From positions 53,521-117,520 of the forward strand of contig JAFUKG010000032.1 in NCBI GenBank assembly GCA_017467865.1: a DNA stretch of 64,000 nt, given 5' to 3'. The DNA is from Clostridia bacterium (GTDB lineage: Bacteria > Bacillota > Clostridia > Oscillospirales > SIG627). Positions within the stretch are counted from its first letter, which is position 1. Each line of letters opens with the position of its first letter. Below are positions 18,812-27,262 of the stretch, piece after piece. Position numbers and translations under genes: made by a program. The notes beneath the pieces are model-generated. The model saw nothing but the letters and a program-made list of their open reading frames with translations. It had not been told where the DNA came from and did no database searches.

Positions 18812-18910
18812 AGGGGAAGCACTTTTTATAAAAGTGTTTCCCCTAATACCCCTATGAAAATTACAGTTTTCGTGGGAGTCTGAGAGCGTGCTTTTTTTAA
18901 AGCATTACCG
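18812..18910. repeat. Right, inverted copy of the repeat at 15885-16002
   Basis: The hairpin aggggaagcactttt-tat-aaaagtgtttcccct lies at 18812-18844. ccctatgaaaa and agttttcgtggg (18865-18876) are the reverse complements of ttttcatagRgg and cccacgaaaact. A degenerate version of hairpin 1 lies at 18881-18910. Confidence 0.75.
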
Positions 18911-18956
18911 AAAATACAATAAAATAATTTTCCAAAGGGAAATTTACATTAGTTTT

Positions 18957-19111
18957 ATGAATTGATGCTTTGCATCATGAATTGACTTTGTCATGAATTG
19001 TGGTAATTACCACATGAATTAAATTGCTTTATGCACCACAGTGCAATTCGTGAAACCGAAAGGTTTAATTCATGAAATTTTAATTTCAATTCATGCTGTC
19101 AGGCAATTCAT
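18957..19111. repeat. Head-to-head (C)ATGAATTG / mini-hairpin array (array 2)
   Basis: Forward copies lie at 18957, 18977 and 18993, plus 19014 with one mismatch. Reverse copies lie at 19087 and 19104, plus 19044 and 19066 with one mismatch each. Spacers are short unrelated hairpins such as atgc-ttt-gcat, gac-ttt-gtc, tggt-aat-tacca and aacc-gaa-aggtt. Confidence 0.8.
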
Positions 19112-19113
19112 TG

Positions 19114-19141
19114 AAAAGAGGCTGTTTCCACAGCCTCTTTT
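19114..19141. terminator. Bidirectional terminator hairpin at the alr 3' end
   Basis: aaaagaggctg-tttcca-cagcctctttt. Confidence 0.7.
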
Positions 19142-20268
19142 CATTTATATATTCTCTTAACTCTCGGGGAAACTCCCGTGTAAACGGTATAATTTATTTC
19201 GCCTGCGTCGGCGGCGTATTCGTCTATGCTAAGCCCCTCTTCTCCCCAGAAGATTACCTCGTCTCCTGCCTTGACAGGATTTTTAGCACTGGTGATATCT
19301 ACCATCAACAGGTCCATGCACACGTTACCCACAATAGGGAATACCTCGCCGTTTATGGTGACTCTACCCTTGTTGGAAAGTCCTCTGGGAATTCCGTCGG
19401 CATAGCCTGCGGTAACTGTTGCTACAAGTATGTCATCCTCTGCCAAAAAGGTTCGGCTGTAACCGATGCCCTCTCCCTTTTTGACCTTATGTACCTGACC
19501 AACCCTTGCGCACATGGTCATAACCTCTTTCAGAGGGTATTCAGGGTAAAGGGAAAGATATTTTTCCTTTACCTCTTTTGAGGGGTAAGCGCCGTAAAGA
19601 ATTATTCCAGGTCTTACCGCCATAAGGTGAGTATCGGGGCGGGTGAGGGTAGCCCCCGAGTTTGCAATATGCAAAGCTCCCGTGTCGATGCCTCTTTCAC
19701 GAAGCTTTTCCGTAAAGGAATTAAAGCGTGAAAACTGCAGGTCGGTAAAGGTAGATGCAAGGTCGTCGCTTTCGGCAAAATGAGAGAACGTACCCTTTAT
19801 TTCAAGGTTGGGAAGCCTTGAAATCTCTTCTGCGTCTGCAATTCCGTCCTCACTCTCACAGTCAATGCCGAAGCGGTGCATACCCGTGTCAACCTTAAGG
19901 TGAATACCAAGCACTCCCTTACCGAGATTTTCCGAAAGGGATTTTGCATATTCCTTGTCAGTGACAGTCTGAGTGATTTTGTTTTCACAGAGCAATGCCG
20001 CAAAGGAAGGGTCGGTGTATCCCAAAATCAGTATATCGTTTTCAATTCCGTTTTCTCTCAGATGAAGTGCTTCGTTTATCTCGGCAACGGCAAAGGTGCC
20101 AACGGCGTTGCAAATGGCTTTCGCACATCTTATATCGCCGTGAGAGTAAGCATCTGCCTTTACAATAGGAAAAATCAGCGTGTCGTCACCTATAACACGG
20201 CGGATGCAGGAAAGATTGTGTATTAAATTGTCGATGGAAATTCTTGCATAGCATCTGAGATTCTTCAT
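19141..20268 (-). CDS. alr: Alanine racemase
   Basis: PIVKADAYSHGD carries the PLP lysine motif, and the 375-aa length and C-terminal beta domain are typical. Confidence 0.9.
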   Translation of the reverse strand: MKNLRCYARISIDNLIHNLSCIRRVIGDDTLIFPIVKADAYSHGDIRCAKAICNAVGTFAVAEINEALHLRENGIENDILILGYTDPSFAALLCENKITQTVTDKEYAKSLSENLGKGVLGIHLKVDTGMHRFGIDCESEDGIADAEEISRLPNLEIKGTFSHFAESDDLASTFTDLQFSRFNSFTEKLRERGIDTGALHIANSGATLTRPDTHLMAVRPGIILYGAYPSKEVKEKYLSLYPEYPLKEVMTMCARVGQVHKVKKGEGIGYSRTFLAEDDILVATVTAGYADGIPRGLSNKGRVTINGEVFPIVGNVCMDLLMVDITSAKNPVKAGDEVIFWGEEGLSIDEYAADAGEINYTVYTGVSPRVKRIYK

Positions 20269-20657
20269 TATTTATCCTTATTAAAAGTTATTTTTATGTT
20301 TTTTTTCTCAACTGAAAGGGGATTTTCCGAAATTACGATGCCTTCACACTCTCCCTTGAGTATCTCGAAAAGGGGGAGAAAGCGCGACGAGGGAAGAACG
20401 TTTTCACTAAAAACGATTCCGTCATATTCTACGATGCCCCCGTCCTTCGTAATACTTACCTTATAGCCCTCAGGACTGTCGGGTGAAAAGGTCATTTTTT
20501 CGCCGTCGAAGTATAGTACGCCCGTCAAGGTCAGCTCTCCGTCTGTGAAGGTGACTTCCTCTTCAAAGGGAAGGTCAAGGGCAGTTATTTCTCCTTTTCC
20601 GCAAGAAATGAGTAAAACAAGGCACACAAGAATATAAAGTATCTTCAAAAGAGTCAC
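20268..20657 (-). CDS. Hypothetical lipoprotein
   Basis: The signal peptide ends in the lipobox LLISCG. The protein is 129 aa and I recognise no family. Confidence 0.7.
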   Translation of the reverse strand: MTLLKILYILVCLVLLISCGKGEITALDLPFEEEVTFTDGELTLTGVLYFDGEKMTFSPDSPEGYKVSITKDGGIVEYDGIVFSENVLPSSRFLPLFEILKGECEGIVISENPLSVEKKNIKITFNKDK

Positions 20658-20687
20658 TCCTTTTAAGATACTATATTCTCTTGCCCT

Positions 20688-21305
20688 TTATTTTATTACA
20701 GTAGATTTATTGTAGTATTTCAGCATTTGCAAGGCTTTTTCGTGAACGTTGAAAATAAGGGCTTCCTTTTCGCCGTCGGCATTGTTGTAGACAGCGCAGT
20801 AAAGGTCGTCGTCCTTCATTGACGTAGCGCCGAAAATAACCCTTGCACCGTCCAGTCTCGTCTCACTAAGAGGTGCAATAGACAGGGCATCGTGAATATT
20901 GAACTCTGTCATTTTAACTCTTTTTCTGCCACCGTAAATTTTGTCCATAGACATTTCTCCCGATACGATAAGATATTCGTATTCAATGGAGGTAAATCCC
21001 CAAAGGAGCTTTGCGATATAGAGAATGAGGACAACGGCAACCACAACTATGTGAGGAAGCTTTATAGGTCCGAAGGTGAGAAATACTACTGCTCCGAACA
21101 GAATGAGGGTGAGAAGAACGATTAAAGCCCTCCCAATTATAATATTTTTATCCGCGCCCCTTTTTACAAGGTGCTCGGTGTAGTTGAACGCGTACTCACT
21201 TGACGCTCTCTTGAAGGAATTGTCCATAGTGTTGCCTTTCTTTCTCATAGCCGGAATTGCATACTTTAAATCTCTGTGTTCATTGAAAAAGGGTCTGTTG
21301 CTCAT
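20688..21305 (-). CDS. Hypothetical membrane protein
   Basis: The start is the ATG at 21305, after a GAGGAG RBS. Two central TM helices (IIIGRALIVLLTLILFGAVVFLTF and HIVVVAVVLILYIAKLLWGF) are present. I recognise no family. Confidence 0.65.
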   Translation of the reverse strand: MSNRPFFNEHRDLKYAIPAMRKKGNTMDNSFKRASSEYAFNYTEHLVKRGADKNIIIGRALIVLLTLILFGAVVFLTFGPIKLPHIVVVAVVLILYIAKLLWGFTSIEYEYLIVSGEMSMDKIYGGRKRVKMTEFNIHDALSIAPLSETRLDGARVIFGATSMKDDDLYCAVYNNADGEKEALIFNVHEKALQMLKYYNKSTVIK

Positions 21306-21382
21306 ATTAAACTCCTCAAAATTTAATACATTATGAATAATAGCATAAAAATTAAAAATAATCAACACAAAAATAAGTTATA

Positions 21383-21411
21383 TTGACAATTTTTACTGAA
21401 TGTAGTATAAT
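21383..21411 (+). promoter_or_regulatory. SigA-type promoter for secDF
   Basis: TTGACA at 21383-21388, a 17-nt spacer, then TATAAT at 21406-21411. Confidence 0.6.
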
Positions 21412-21445
21412 ATTAAAAGTATATTTTTACGAAAGGAATATTAAA

Positions 21446-22711
21446 ATGGCAAAGAATCTTACGAAACTTATTGCGGCAATAGTTCTTATTGCTTTAGTGT
21501 CATATGTGGCTCTTTGCGGTATAGGAAGCTTTCTTCCCGGCGTTTTTGATGAAGGCGCTATAAGAAAGGGTCTTGACCTTGCAGGAGGAACACTTCTTGT
21601 TTACGAGCCCGACGTTGACGACCTTGGAAGCGTCAGCGATGCAGATATGGACACGGTTGTATCCATTATGACAAACCGTCTTTCAAATGCAGGCTACACA
21701 GAAGCCACTATTACACAGATGAAGGACGACAAGAGAATTCAGATTGAAATCCCCGAGGTTAAGGACCTTGACGAAGCAAGAAACCTTCTCGGAAACATTG
21801 GCGAGCTTGAATTTGTGAATTCCAAATGGCAGGTCGTTATGACTGGAAGTGACATCAAGTCGGCTTCAATGCAGTACGGTCAGGTTTCCGAGCAGTCACT
21901 CACTCCCGAGTATTTTGTATCCGTTTCCCTTAAGCCCGAGGCGGTAGAAAAGTTCGCTCTTGCAACAGAGGAAGCGGCGAAGCTTGTAGCAGAAGAAGGA
22001 AACTATATCATGATCATGCTTGACCAAGAGATAATTTCCGTTCCCAGAGTTTCCGAAAAGCTTGTTACCGAGGACGTTGTAATCACGGGCGACTTCACTA
22101 AAGAGAGCGCTACCTACCTTGCAAGCGTTATCGCTTCAGGTCAGCTTCCCTTCTCACTTGCAGAGCTGAGAGCTGATACCGTTGGTCCTACTCTCGGTGA
22201 AAAGGCGCTTGAAACAGCACTTTTTGCAGGTGCAATCGGCGTGCTTCTCGTTATGCTCTTTATGATCGTATATTACAGACTCCCCGGCATCGTGTCGGCT
22301 ATCGCTCTTATCGCTTACGTGGCAATAGAGGCTGTTGTACTCGTTGTTGCTAAGGTTAACCTCTCACTCCCCGGTGTTGCAGGTATTATTCTGTCTATTG
22401 GTATGGCGGTTGACGCTAACGTTATTATTATTGAGCGTATCAAGGAAGAGCTCAGAGTCGGCAAGGGCACAGTTTCGGCGGTTAAGTCCGGCTTCAAGGG
22501 TGCCTTCTCCTCTATCATCGACAGTAATATCACAACTCTTATTGCAGCCGCAGTGCTTTGGTATTTCGGTACGGGTACTGTTCAGGGCTTTGCTATAACC
22601 CTCTTCATAGGTATCGTTGTTTCAATGTTCACTGCAATTGTTGTAACACGCTTCCTTATGAATGCTATCGTAGGGCTTGGGGCTAAGAAGCCTTGGCTCT
22701 ACGGAATATAA
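21446..22711 (+). CDS. secD: Protein translocase subunit SecD
   Basis: The start is the ATG at 21446. LDLAGGTLLVYEP and the C-terminal six-TM block with DANVIIIERIKEE are typical of SecD. Confidence 0.9.
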   Translation: MAKNLTKLIAAIVLIALVSYVALCGIGSFLPGVFDEGAIRKGLDLAGGTLLVYEPDVDDLGSVSDADMDTVVSIMTNRLSNAGYTEATITQMKDDKRIQIEIPEVKDLDEARNLLGNIGELEFVNSKWQVVMTGSDIKSASMQYGQVSEQSLTPEYFVSVSLKPEAVEKFALATEEAAKLVAEEGNYIMIMLDQEIISVPRVSEKLVTEDVVITGDFTKESATYLASVIASGQLPFSLAELRADTVGPTLGEKALETALFAGAIGVLLVMLFMIVYYRLPGIVSAIALIAYVAIEAVVLVVAKVNLSLPGVAGIILSIGMAVDANVIIIERIKEELRVGKGTVSAVKSGFKGAFSSIIDSNITTLIAAAVLWYFGTGTVQGFAITLFIGIVVSMFTAIVVTRFLMNAIVGLGAKKPWLYGI

Positions 22712-22729
22712 GAAAGGGGGAATGAGTCA

Positions 22730-23902
22730 ATGAAATTTATCTCTAAAGAACAAATGGAAATAACAGGACTTCGCAAGGTATGGTTTACTATATCTGCCAT
22801 AGTTCTTATCGCAGCTCTCCTCTTTATCTTTGTTAAGGGCTTTAATCTTGATACCGACTTTGCAGGCGGTCTCACTCTTCAGTATGACCTTCACAAGACT
22901 CTCGACAAGGCAGAACTTGATAAGGTTCGCAGTCTTGTAGACTCGGTTGACGGAATTACCGTTAACACCATTCAGAAGTCGGGTGACAACTCAAGCTGTG
23001 TTATCATTAAGGCGGCTGACGCTGCTCCCGAGGTTATGGACGAGGTTTATAACGTTCTTAATATTGCCTATGGCGCCGCTCTTCCCGAAGAGGATGATGA
23101 AAAAACACTCACCGAAGAAGAGCTTGAAGAGCTTCTCGGCGAAGAGACAGACGAAGCAACAGAGGAAACTGCAGAGGAGACAACCGAAGAGACAACCGAG
23201 GAAGTAACCGAGGAAACCACCGAGGCTGTTGATGATGCAGAAGCAGAAGTTGAAGCACAGACTGAAACCGAAGGCGAGGCTGAAGCTGAAACAGAGACAG
23301 AAGCAGAACCCGAAGCAGAGACTTCCGAAGAGGAAGAGATAGTTTACGGCGGAACAGTTCCCGTTGAAATTCTTGCAGAGTCAAGAATAGGCGCATCCAT
23401 CTCGGGTGAAATTAAGCGTTCAGCATTTATCGCTACAATAATTGCCGTTATACTCATGCTTCTCTATATCACCGTAAGATTTGAGTTCCGCTCGGCAATT
23501 GCCGCTATTCTTTGCCTTATTCACGATATAATTCTCGTTATTGCAACATATTCTGTTCTTGGCATCCCCGTTAGCAGTAACATCATTGCGGCAATACTGA
23601 CAATTCTCGGTTATTCCATAAACGCCACCATCGTACTCTTCGACAGAGTTCGTGAAAACAAGCGTAAGATGTCCAAAACCGACTTCGGCGTGATAATCAA
23701 TATTTCAAGCCGTCAGACCGTTATGCGTTCGATAAACACAACCATCACCACTCTTCTTACAATTGGAATGGTATATATTCTCGGAGTTCATTCTATCAAG
23801 GAATTTGCACTTCCTCTTATCGTGGGAATTGTAGCAGGTCTTTACTCCTCGGTATTCCTTTCAGGCTCCTTCTGGTATACCCTCACCCCCAAGAAGAAAT
23901 AA
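22730..23902 (+). CDS. secF: Protein translocase subunit SecF with an acidic low-complexity insertion
   Basis: GFNLDTDFAGG and the C-terminal TM block (YSINATIVLFDRVRENKR) are typical of SecF. An E/T/A-rich insert of about 70 aa (EETDEATEETAEETTEETTEEVTEETTEA...AEAETETEAEPEAETSEEEE) is encoded at about 23130-23340. Confidence 0.9.
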   Translation: MKFISKEQMEITGLRKVWFTISAIVLIAALLFIFVKGFNLDTDFAGGLTLQYDLHKTLDKAELDKVRSLVDSVDGITVNTIQKSGDNSSCVIIKAADAAPEVMDEVYNVLNIAYGAALPEEDDEKTLTEEELEELLGEETDEATEETAEETTEETTEEVTEETTEAVDDAEAEVEAQTETEGEAEAETETEAEPEAETSEEEEIVYGGTVPVEILAESRIGASISGEIKRSAFIATIIAVILMLLYITVRFEFRSAIAAILCLIHDIILVIATYSVLGIPVSSNIIAAILTILGYSINATIVLFDRVRENKRKMSKTDFGVIINISSRQTVMRSINTTITTLLTIGMVYILGVHSIKEFALPLIVGIVAGLYSSVFLSGSFWYTLTPKKK

Positions 23903-23919
23903 GTCATTAAAAAAAGACA

Positions 23920-23961
23920 CCCCGCATATAATTTTTAAAATTGTATGCGGGGGTTTTATTT
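23920..23961 (+). terminator. Intrinsic terminator after secF
   Basis: ccccgcata(23920-23928)..tatgcgggg(23944-23952), followed by ttttatttt. Confidence 0.7.
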
Positions 23962-24134
23962 TGTCAAAAAAATTTATTGTGGCGCTTTTGTGCCTTATAA
24001 TAGCCATTATTACCTTTATGTCAAAAAGGGAAGATAACAGCCTTTATTCTGCGGGAGAGCGCCTTATTTCCGCTATGCGGGAAAGTCCCGAGGCGGTAGA
24101 GGTCTTTAATATGGATAGGGGTGTTCTCGTTTGA
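23961..24134 (+). CDS. Possible small membrane protein (57 aa, TTG start), translationally coupled to the M50 protease gene
   Basis: This ORF is not in the track because it is shorter than 60 aa. It encodes LSKKFIVALLCLIIAIITFMSKREDNSLYSAGERLISAMRESPEAVEVFNMDRGVLV, and its stop overlaps the next start (gTTTGAag). GGGGG lies 7 nt upstream. The evidence is weak. Confidence 0.3.
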   Translation: MSKKFIVALLCLIIAIITFMSKREDNSLYSAGERLISAMRESPEAVEVFNMDRGVLV

Positions 24135-24742
24135 AGATAGTTGCAGAGCCCTCCTTCCTTATAACTCTTGCGGTTTTTTTTATCGGGGGAGACTGGCTTT
24201 ACACTCTTCTCATGCTCACCTCAGCCCTCATTCACGAAGCAGGGCATCTGACTGTGATGAGTGTGCTTCGGGTGAGGGTGAGGGCGTTGGTGCTCGGGCT
24301 TTTCGGGGGCACTATCTTTCTCGAAAAAAAGCTTATAAGCTACCGCCGTGAGGTGCTTATTTCGGTGTCGGGGAGTGTATTTAATCTTTTAGCCTCACTT
24401 ATTATTTTCTTTATTCTGAGGCAGAGGTTTACTCCTCTTTTATTTTTCTTTTTTCTGTCAAACGCACTCTACGGCATTTTCAATCTTCTGCCTATATCCG
24501 CCCTTGACGGGGGGCAGGCATTGACCGCCCTTCTCCTTATGAAAAAGGAGCCCTATGAAGCTGAAAGGCTCATAGGACTCATATCGAGAATTACTCTCTT
24601 TTTACTTGCAATTGCAGGACTCTATCTTGTGAAGCTTTCCTCCTTCAATATTTCTCTTTTCGTACTGCTTCTCCTTCTTTACGCCGAGAGCACGGGGCGT
24701 CATATCATATCGGGATATGAATTCTGCCGTAAGACCTCATAG
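24131..24742 (+). CDS. Site-2 protease family (peptidase M50, SpoIVFB-like) membrane metalloprotease
   Basis: The HExxH motif (LIHEAGHL) lies within a TM helix, and the second motif FNLLPISALDGG (NxxPxxxLDG) is present. The protein is 203 aa with no CBS or PDZ domain. Confidence 0.8.
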   Translation: MKIVAEPSFLITLAVFFIGGDWLYTLLMLTSALIHEAGHLTVMSVLRVRVRALVLGLFGGTIFLEKKLISYRREVLISVSGSVFNLLASLIIFFILRQRFTPLLFFFFLSNALYGIFNLLPISALDGGQALTALLLMKKEPYEAERLIGLISRITLFLLAIAGLYLVKLSSFNISLFVLLLLLYAESTGRHIISGYEFCRKTS

Positions 24743-25173
24743 ACCGCAACGGCGGCGGAGTTGGAGAGGTTAAGGCATCTGAGAGTGTTTCGCATGGGTA
24801 TCCTTACAGCTCTGTCCCGGTGAGCGTAGATGAGCTCTTTGGGAAGTCCCTTTGTCTCCTTGCCGAAGATGAGATAGACGTTGCCGCGGTAGGATACGTC
24901 GGCAAAGCTCTTTTCGGTCTTGGTGGTGAAGAAGAAAAATTCACCCTCGTTTTTTTCAAAAAATTCATCTATTGATTTATAACGGTGTACGTCAAGCTTG
25001 TCCCAATAGTCAAGCCCCGCACGCTTTAATTTCGCACTGTCAATCTCAAACCCGAGAGGCTCGATAAGATGTAAGCTTGCCCCCGTCACAGCACAGGTAC
25101 GTGCTATATTTCCCGTATTCTGGGGAATTTCGGGCTCGTGAAGAACTATGTTTATGTGAAGTTTGTTTTCCAT
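24700..25173 (-). CDS. trmL: tRNA (cytidine/uridine-2'-O-)-methyltransferase TrmL (SpoU family)
   Basis: INIVLHEPEIPQNTGNIARTCAVTGASLHLIEPLGF, a length of 157 aa and the C-terminal LNLSNSAAV knot motif all fit TrmL. Confidence 0.85.
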   Translation of the reverse strand: MENKLHINIVLHEPEIPQNTGNIARTCAVTGASLHLIEPLGFEIDSAKLKRAGLDYWDKLDVHRYKSIDEFFEKNEGEFFFFTTKTEKSFADVSYRGNVYLIFGKETKGLPKELIYAHRDRAVRIPMRNTLRCLNLSNSAAVAVYEVLRQNSYPDMI

Positions 25174-25256
25174 ATTATACCTCGCTTTTTGCTAATAATT
25201 ATATTAACACAATGTGTCCGCAATGTAAAGCGAAAAACAAAATTTCCACCTAAAAC

Positions 25257-25285
25257 TTGACAAAAGCGTGTAAAGTCAATATAAT
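25257..25285 (+). promoter_or_regulatory. SigA-type promoter for the acyl-ligase/ACP/ppiB genes
   Basis: TTGACA at 25257-25262, a 17-nt spacer, then TATAAT at 25280-25285. Confidence 0.6.
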
Positions 25286-25316
25286 GTTCATTGGTAGATG
25301 TTTGAAAGGAGAAGTT

Positions 25317-27029
25317 ATGAAAAAAGGATACCCTACCCACGAGAGCAGAACTGTCACCGACTTAAAGCATCTTGTTAAATCTGCTGCCGAAATTCACGGC
25401 GATAACGTTTATCTCCGCTATAAGGGAGAAGCAAAAGAAGAAATTATTGACGTAACGTTTAACGATATTGATAAATATATAGACCGCCTTGGCACAGCAT
25501 TCTTTCAGATGGGACTCCAGGGCAAGCACATCGCCGTTATAGGCGAAACCTCAAAGGATTGGATAGCAACCTACCTTGCCACCGTCAACGGCGGTGGAGT
25601 TATTGTGCCCCTTGACAAGGAGCTTTCCGAGGAAGAAATAAAGAATTTTCTTGAAATTGCCGAAGTATCTGCAGTAGTTTATTCGGAACGCTTTCAGGAG
25701 TATTTTGAAAGAATTGCAGACGAGACCGACATTTCCTATTTTATTAAAATGGGAAAAGAGTATGAAGAAAAGAAAAATGAAAAATTTATAACTACCGAAG
25801 AGCTTATTGCAAAGGGGAAGAGACTTCTTCGCGAGGACGTAACAGACTTCCTTGACGTTGAAATTGACCGCGAGGCGGATGCCGTTATTATATTCACATC
25901 GGGTACAACGGGCACCTCTAAGGGCGTCCTTCTCAGCCATAAGAATATCGCATCGTCTATAAATTCATCTTCAGCAATGTTGGAGTTCCATCCCACCGAC
26001 GTGCTTTTGTCGGTGCTTCCTACACATCATACCTATGAGATGACCTGCGGAATACTCACACCTATGCTTGTAGGCGCTACCGTTTGTATTAACGACAGTA
26101 TGAAGCATCTTTTGAGGAACTTCAAGGTCTTTAAGCCCACAGTTCTTATTCTCGTGCCCCTCTTTGTAACCACCGTTTATAAGAGAATTTGGGATACCGC
26201 GAAAAAGAACAATCAGGAGAAGAAATTGAAGCGTGGTATTGCCCTTTCAAACGTGCTCAGACACACAGGGCTTGACCTTAGAGGAATGCTTTTCGGTCAG
26301 GTGACCGCTGCCTTCGGCGGAAAGCTTAAGAAGGTGGTATGCGGAGGTGCCGCGCTTTCACCCGAATACGTAAAGGGCTTTGAGGACGTGGGAATTAACC
26401 TTGTTCAAGGCTATGGAATTACAGAGTGTTCACCCCTTGTATCGGTTTGTCCCTTCCATTGGAAGAAGTATGCCTCCGTGGGACTTGCCGTTCACGGAGT
26501 TGAGGTGAGAATTGATAAAGAAAACCCCGAGGATACCGAGGGTGAGATAGTTGTGAGAGGCGACAACGTTATGAAGGGCTACTACAAAGCCCCCGACCTC
26601 ACTCATGAGGCTATCGACGAGGACGGCTGGTTTTCTACCGGAGATATAGGATATATCGACGAGGACGGTTTTATCTACATCACGGGCAGAAAGAAGAATA
26701 TAATTATTCTCGATAATGGAAAGAACGTTTACCCCGAGGAAATAGAAGAGCATATTTACAGAATAGAGCTTGTTTCGGAATGCGTTGTGGTAGGTAAGCC
26801 CAACGCTTCGGGAGAAACCGTTATAACAGCCCAGATTTTCCCCAATTTTGATAAGGCGGAAGAAATGGGCATGGAAGATATTACCGTAATTTCAGACACG
26901 ATAAAGCGTGAAATACAAGAGCTCAATAAGAAGCTTCCGATTTTTAAACAAGTCAGAGGCATTGAGATAAGAAAGACAGAGTTTGAAAAAACTACTACCA
27001 AAAAGATTAAACGTATCAAAGGAGAATGA
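25317..27029 (+). CDS. AMP-dependent long-chain acyl-CoA (or acyl-ACP) synthetase
   Basis: The start is the ATG at 25317, after the RBS AAAGGAGAAG. IIFTSGTTGTSKGV is the AMP-binding motif. YGITE and GWFSTGDIGYIDEDGFIYITGRKKN are also present. Confidence 0.85.
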   Translation: MKKGYPTHESRTVTDLKHLVKSAAEIHGDNVYLRYKGEAKEEIIDVTFNDIDKYIDRLGTAFFQMGLQGKHIAVIGETSKDWIATYLATVNGGGVIVPLDKELSEEEIKNFLEIAEVSAVVYSERFQEYFERIADETDISYFIKMGKEYEEKKNEKFITTEELIAKGKRLLREDVTDFLDVEIDREADAVIIFTSGTTGTSKGVLLSHKNIASSINSSSAMLEFHPTDVLLSVLPTHHTYEMTCGILTPMLVGATVCINDSMKHLLRNFKVFKPTVLILVPLFVTTVYKRIWDTAKKNNQEKKLKRGIALSNVLRHTGLDLRGMLFGQVTAAFGGKLKKVVCGGAALSPEYVKGFEDVGINLVQGYGITECSPLVSVCPFHWKKYASVGLAVHGVEVRIDKENPEDTEGEIVVRGDNVMKGYYKAPDLTHEAIDEDGWFSTGDIGYIDEDGFIYITGRKKNIIILDNGKNVYPEEIEEHIYRIELVSECVVVGKPNASGETVITAQIFPNFDKAEEMGMEDITVISDTIKREIQELNKKLPIFKQVRGIEIRKTEFEKTTTKKIKRIKGE

Positions 27030-27259
27030 CCATGTTTGAGGAAATTAAAAATGCTCTTATCGAGGAGCTTGACGTTGACGAGGAGCTTATAACCCTTGAC
27101 GCAGAATTCGTTAACGACTTAAAGCTTAACTCTCTTGAGCTTGCAGACCTTGTAGTTCTTTGCGAGGACAAGTTCGACGTTGAAATCGAAGAGCAGGACA
27201 TCCACAGTCTTATAACTATCGGTGACCTTGTAGACTATCTTGATGCAAAGCAGAGGTAA
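27026..27259 (+). CDS. Acyl carrier protein-like protein
   Basis: 77 aa and acidic. LKLNSLELADLV occupies the position of the ACP DSLD phosphopantetheine-serine motif. The gene overlaps the ligase stop by 4 nt. Confidence 0.75.
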   Translation: MTMFEEIKNALIEELDVDEELITLDAEFVNDLKLNSLELADLVVLCEDKFDVEIEEQDIHSLITIGDLVDYLDAKQR

Positions 27260-27262
27260 GAA

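Noticed and set aside
15885-18910. Calling the IR-bracketed ATPase segment an IS element or composite transposon
   Set aside because: There is no transposase or recombinase ORF, no visible target-site duplication, and the cargo is a housekeeping-type ATPase. I report it only as an unexplained inverted-repeat geometry.
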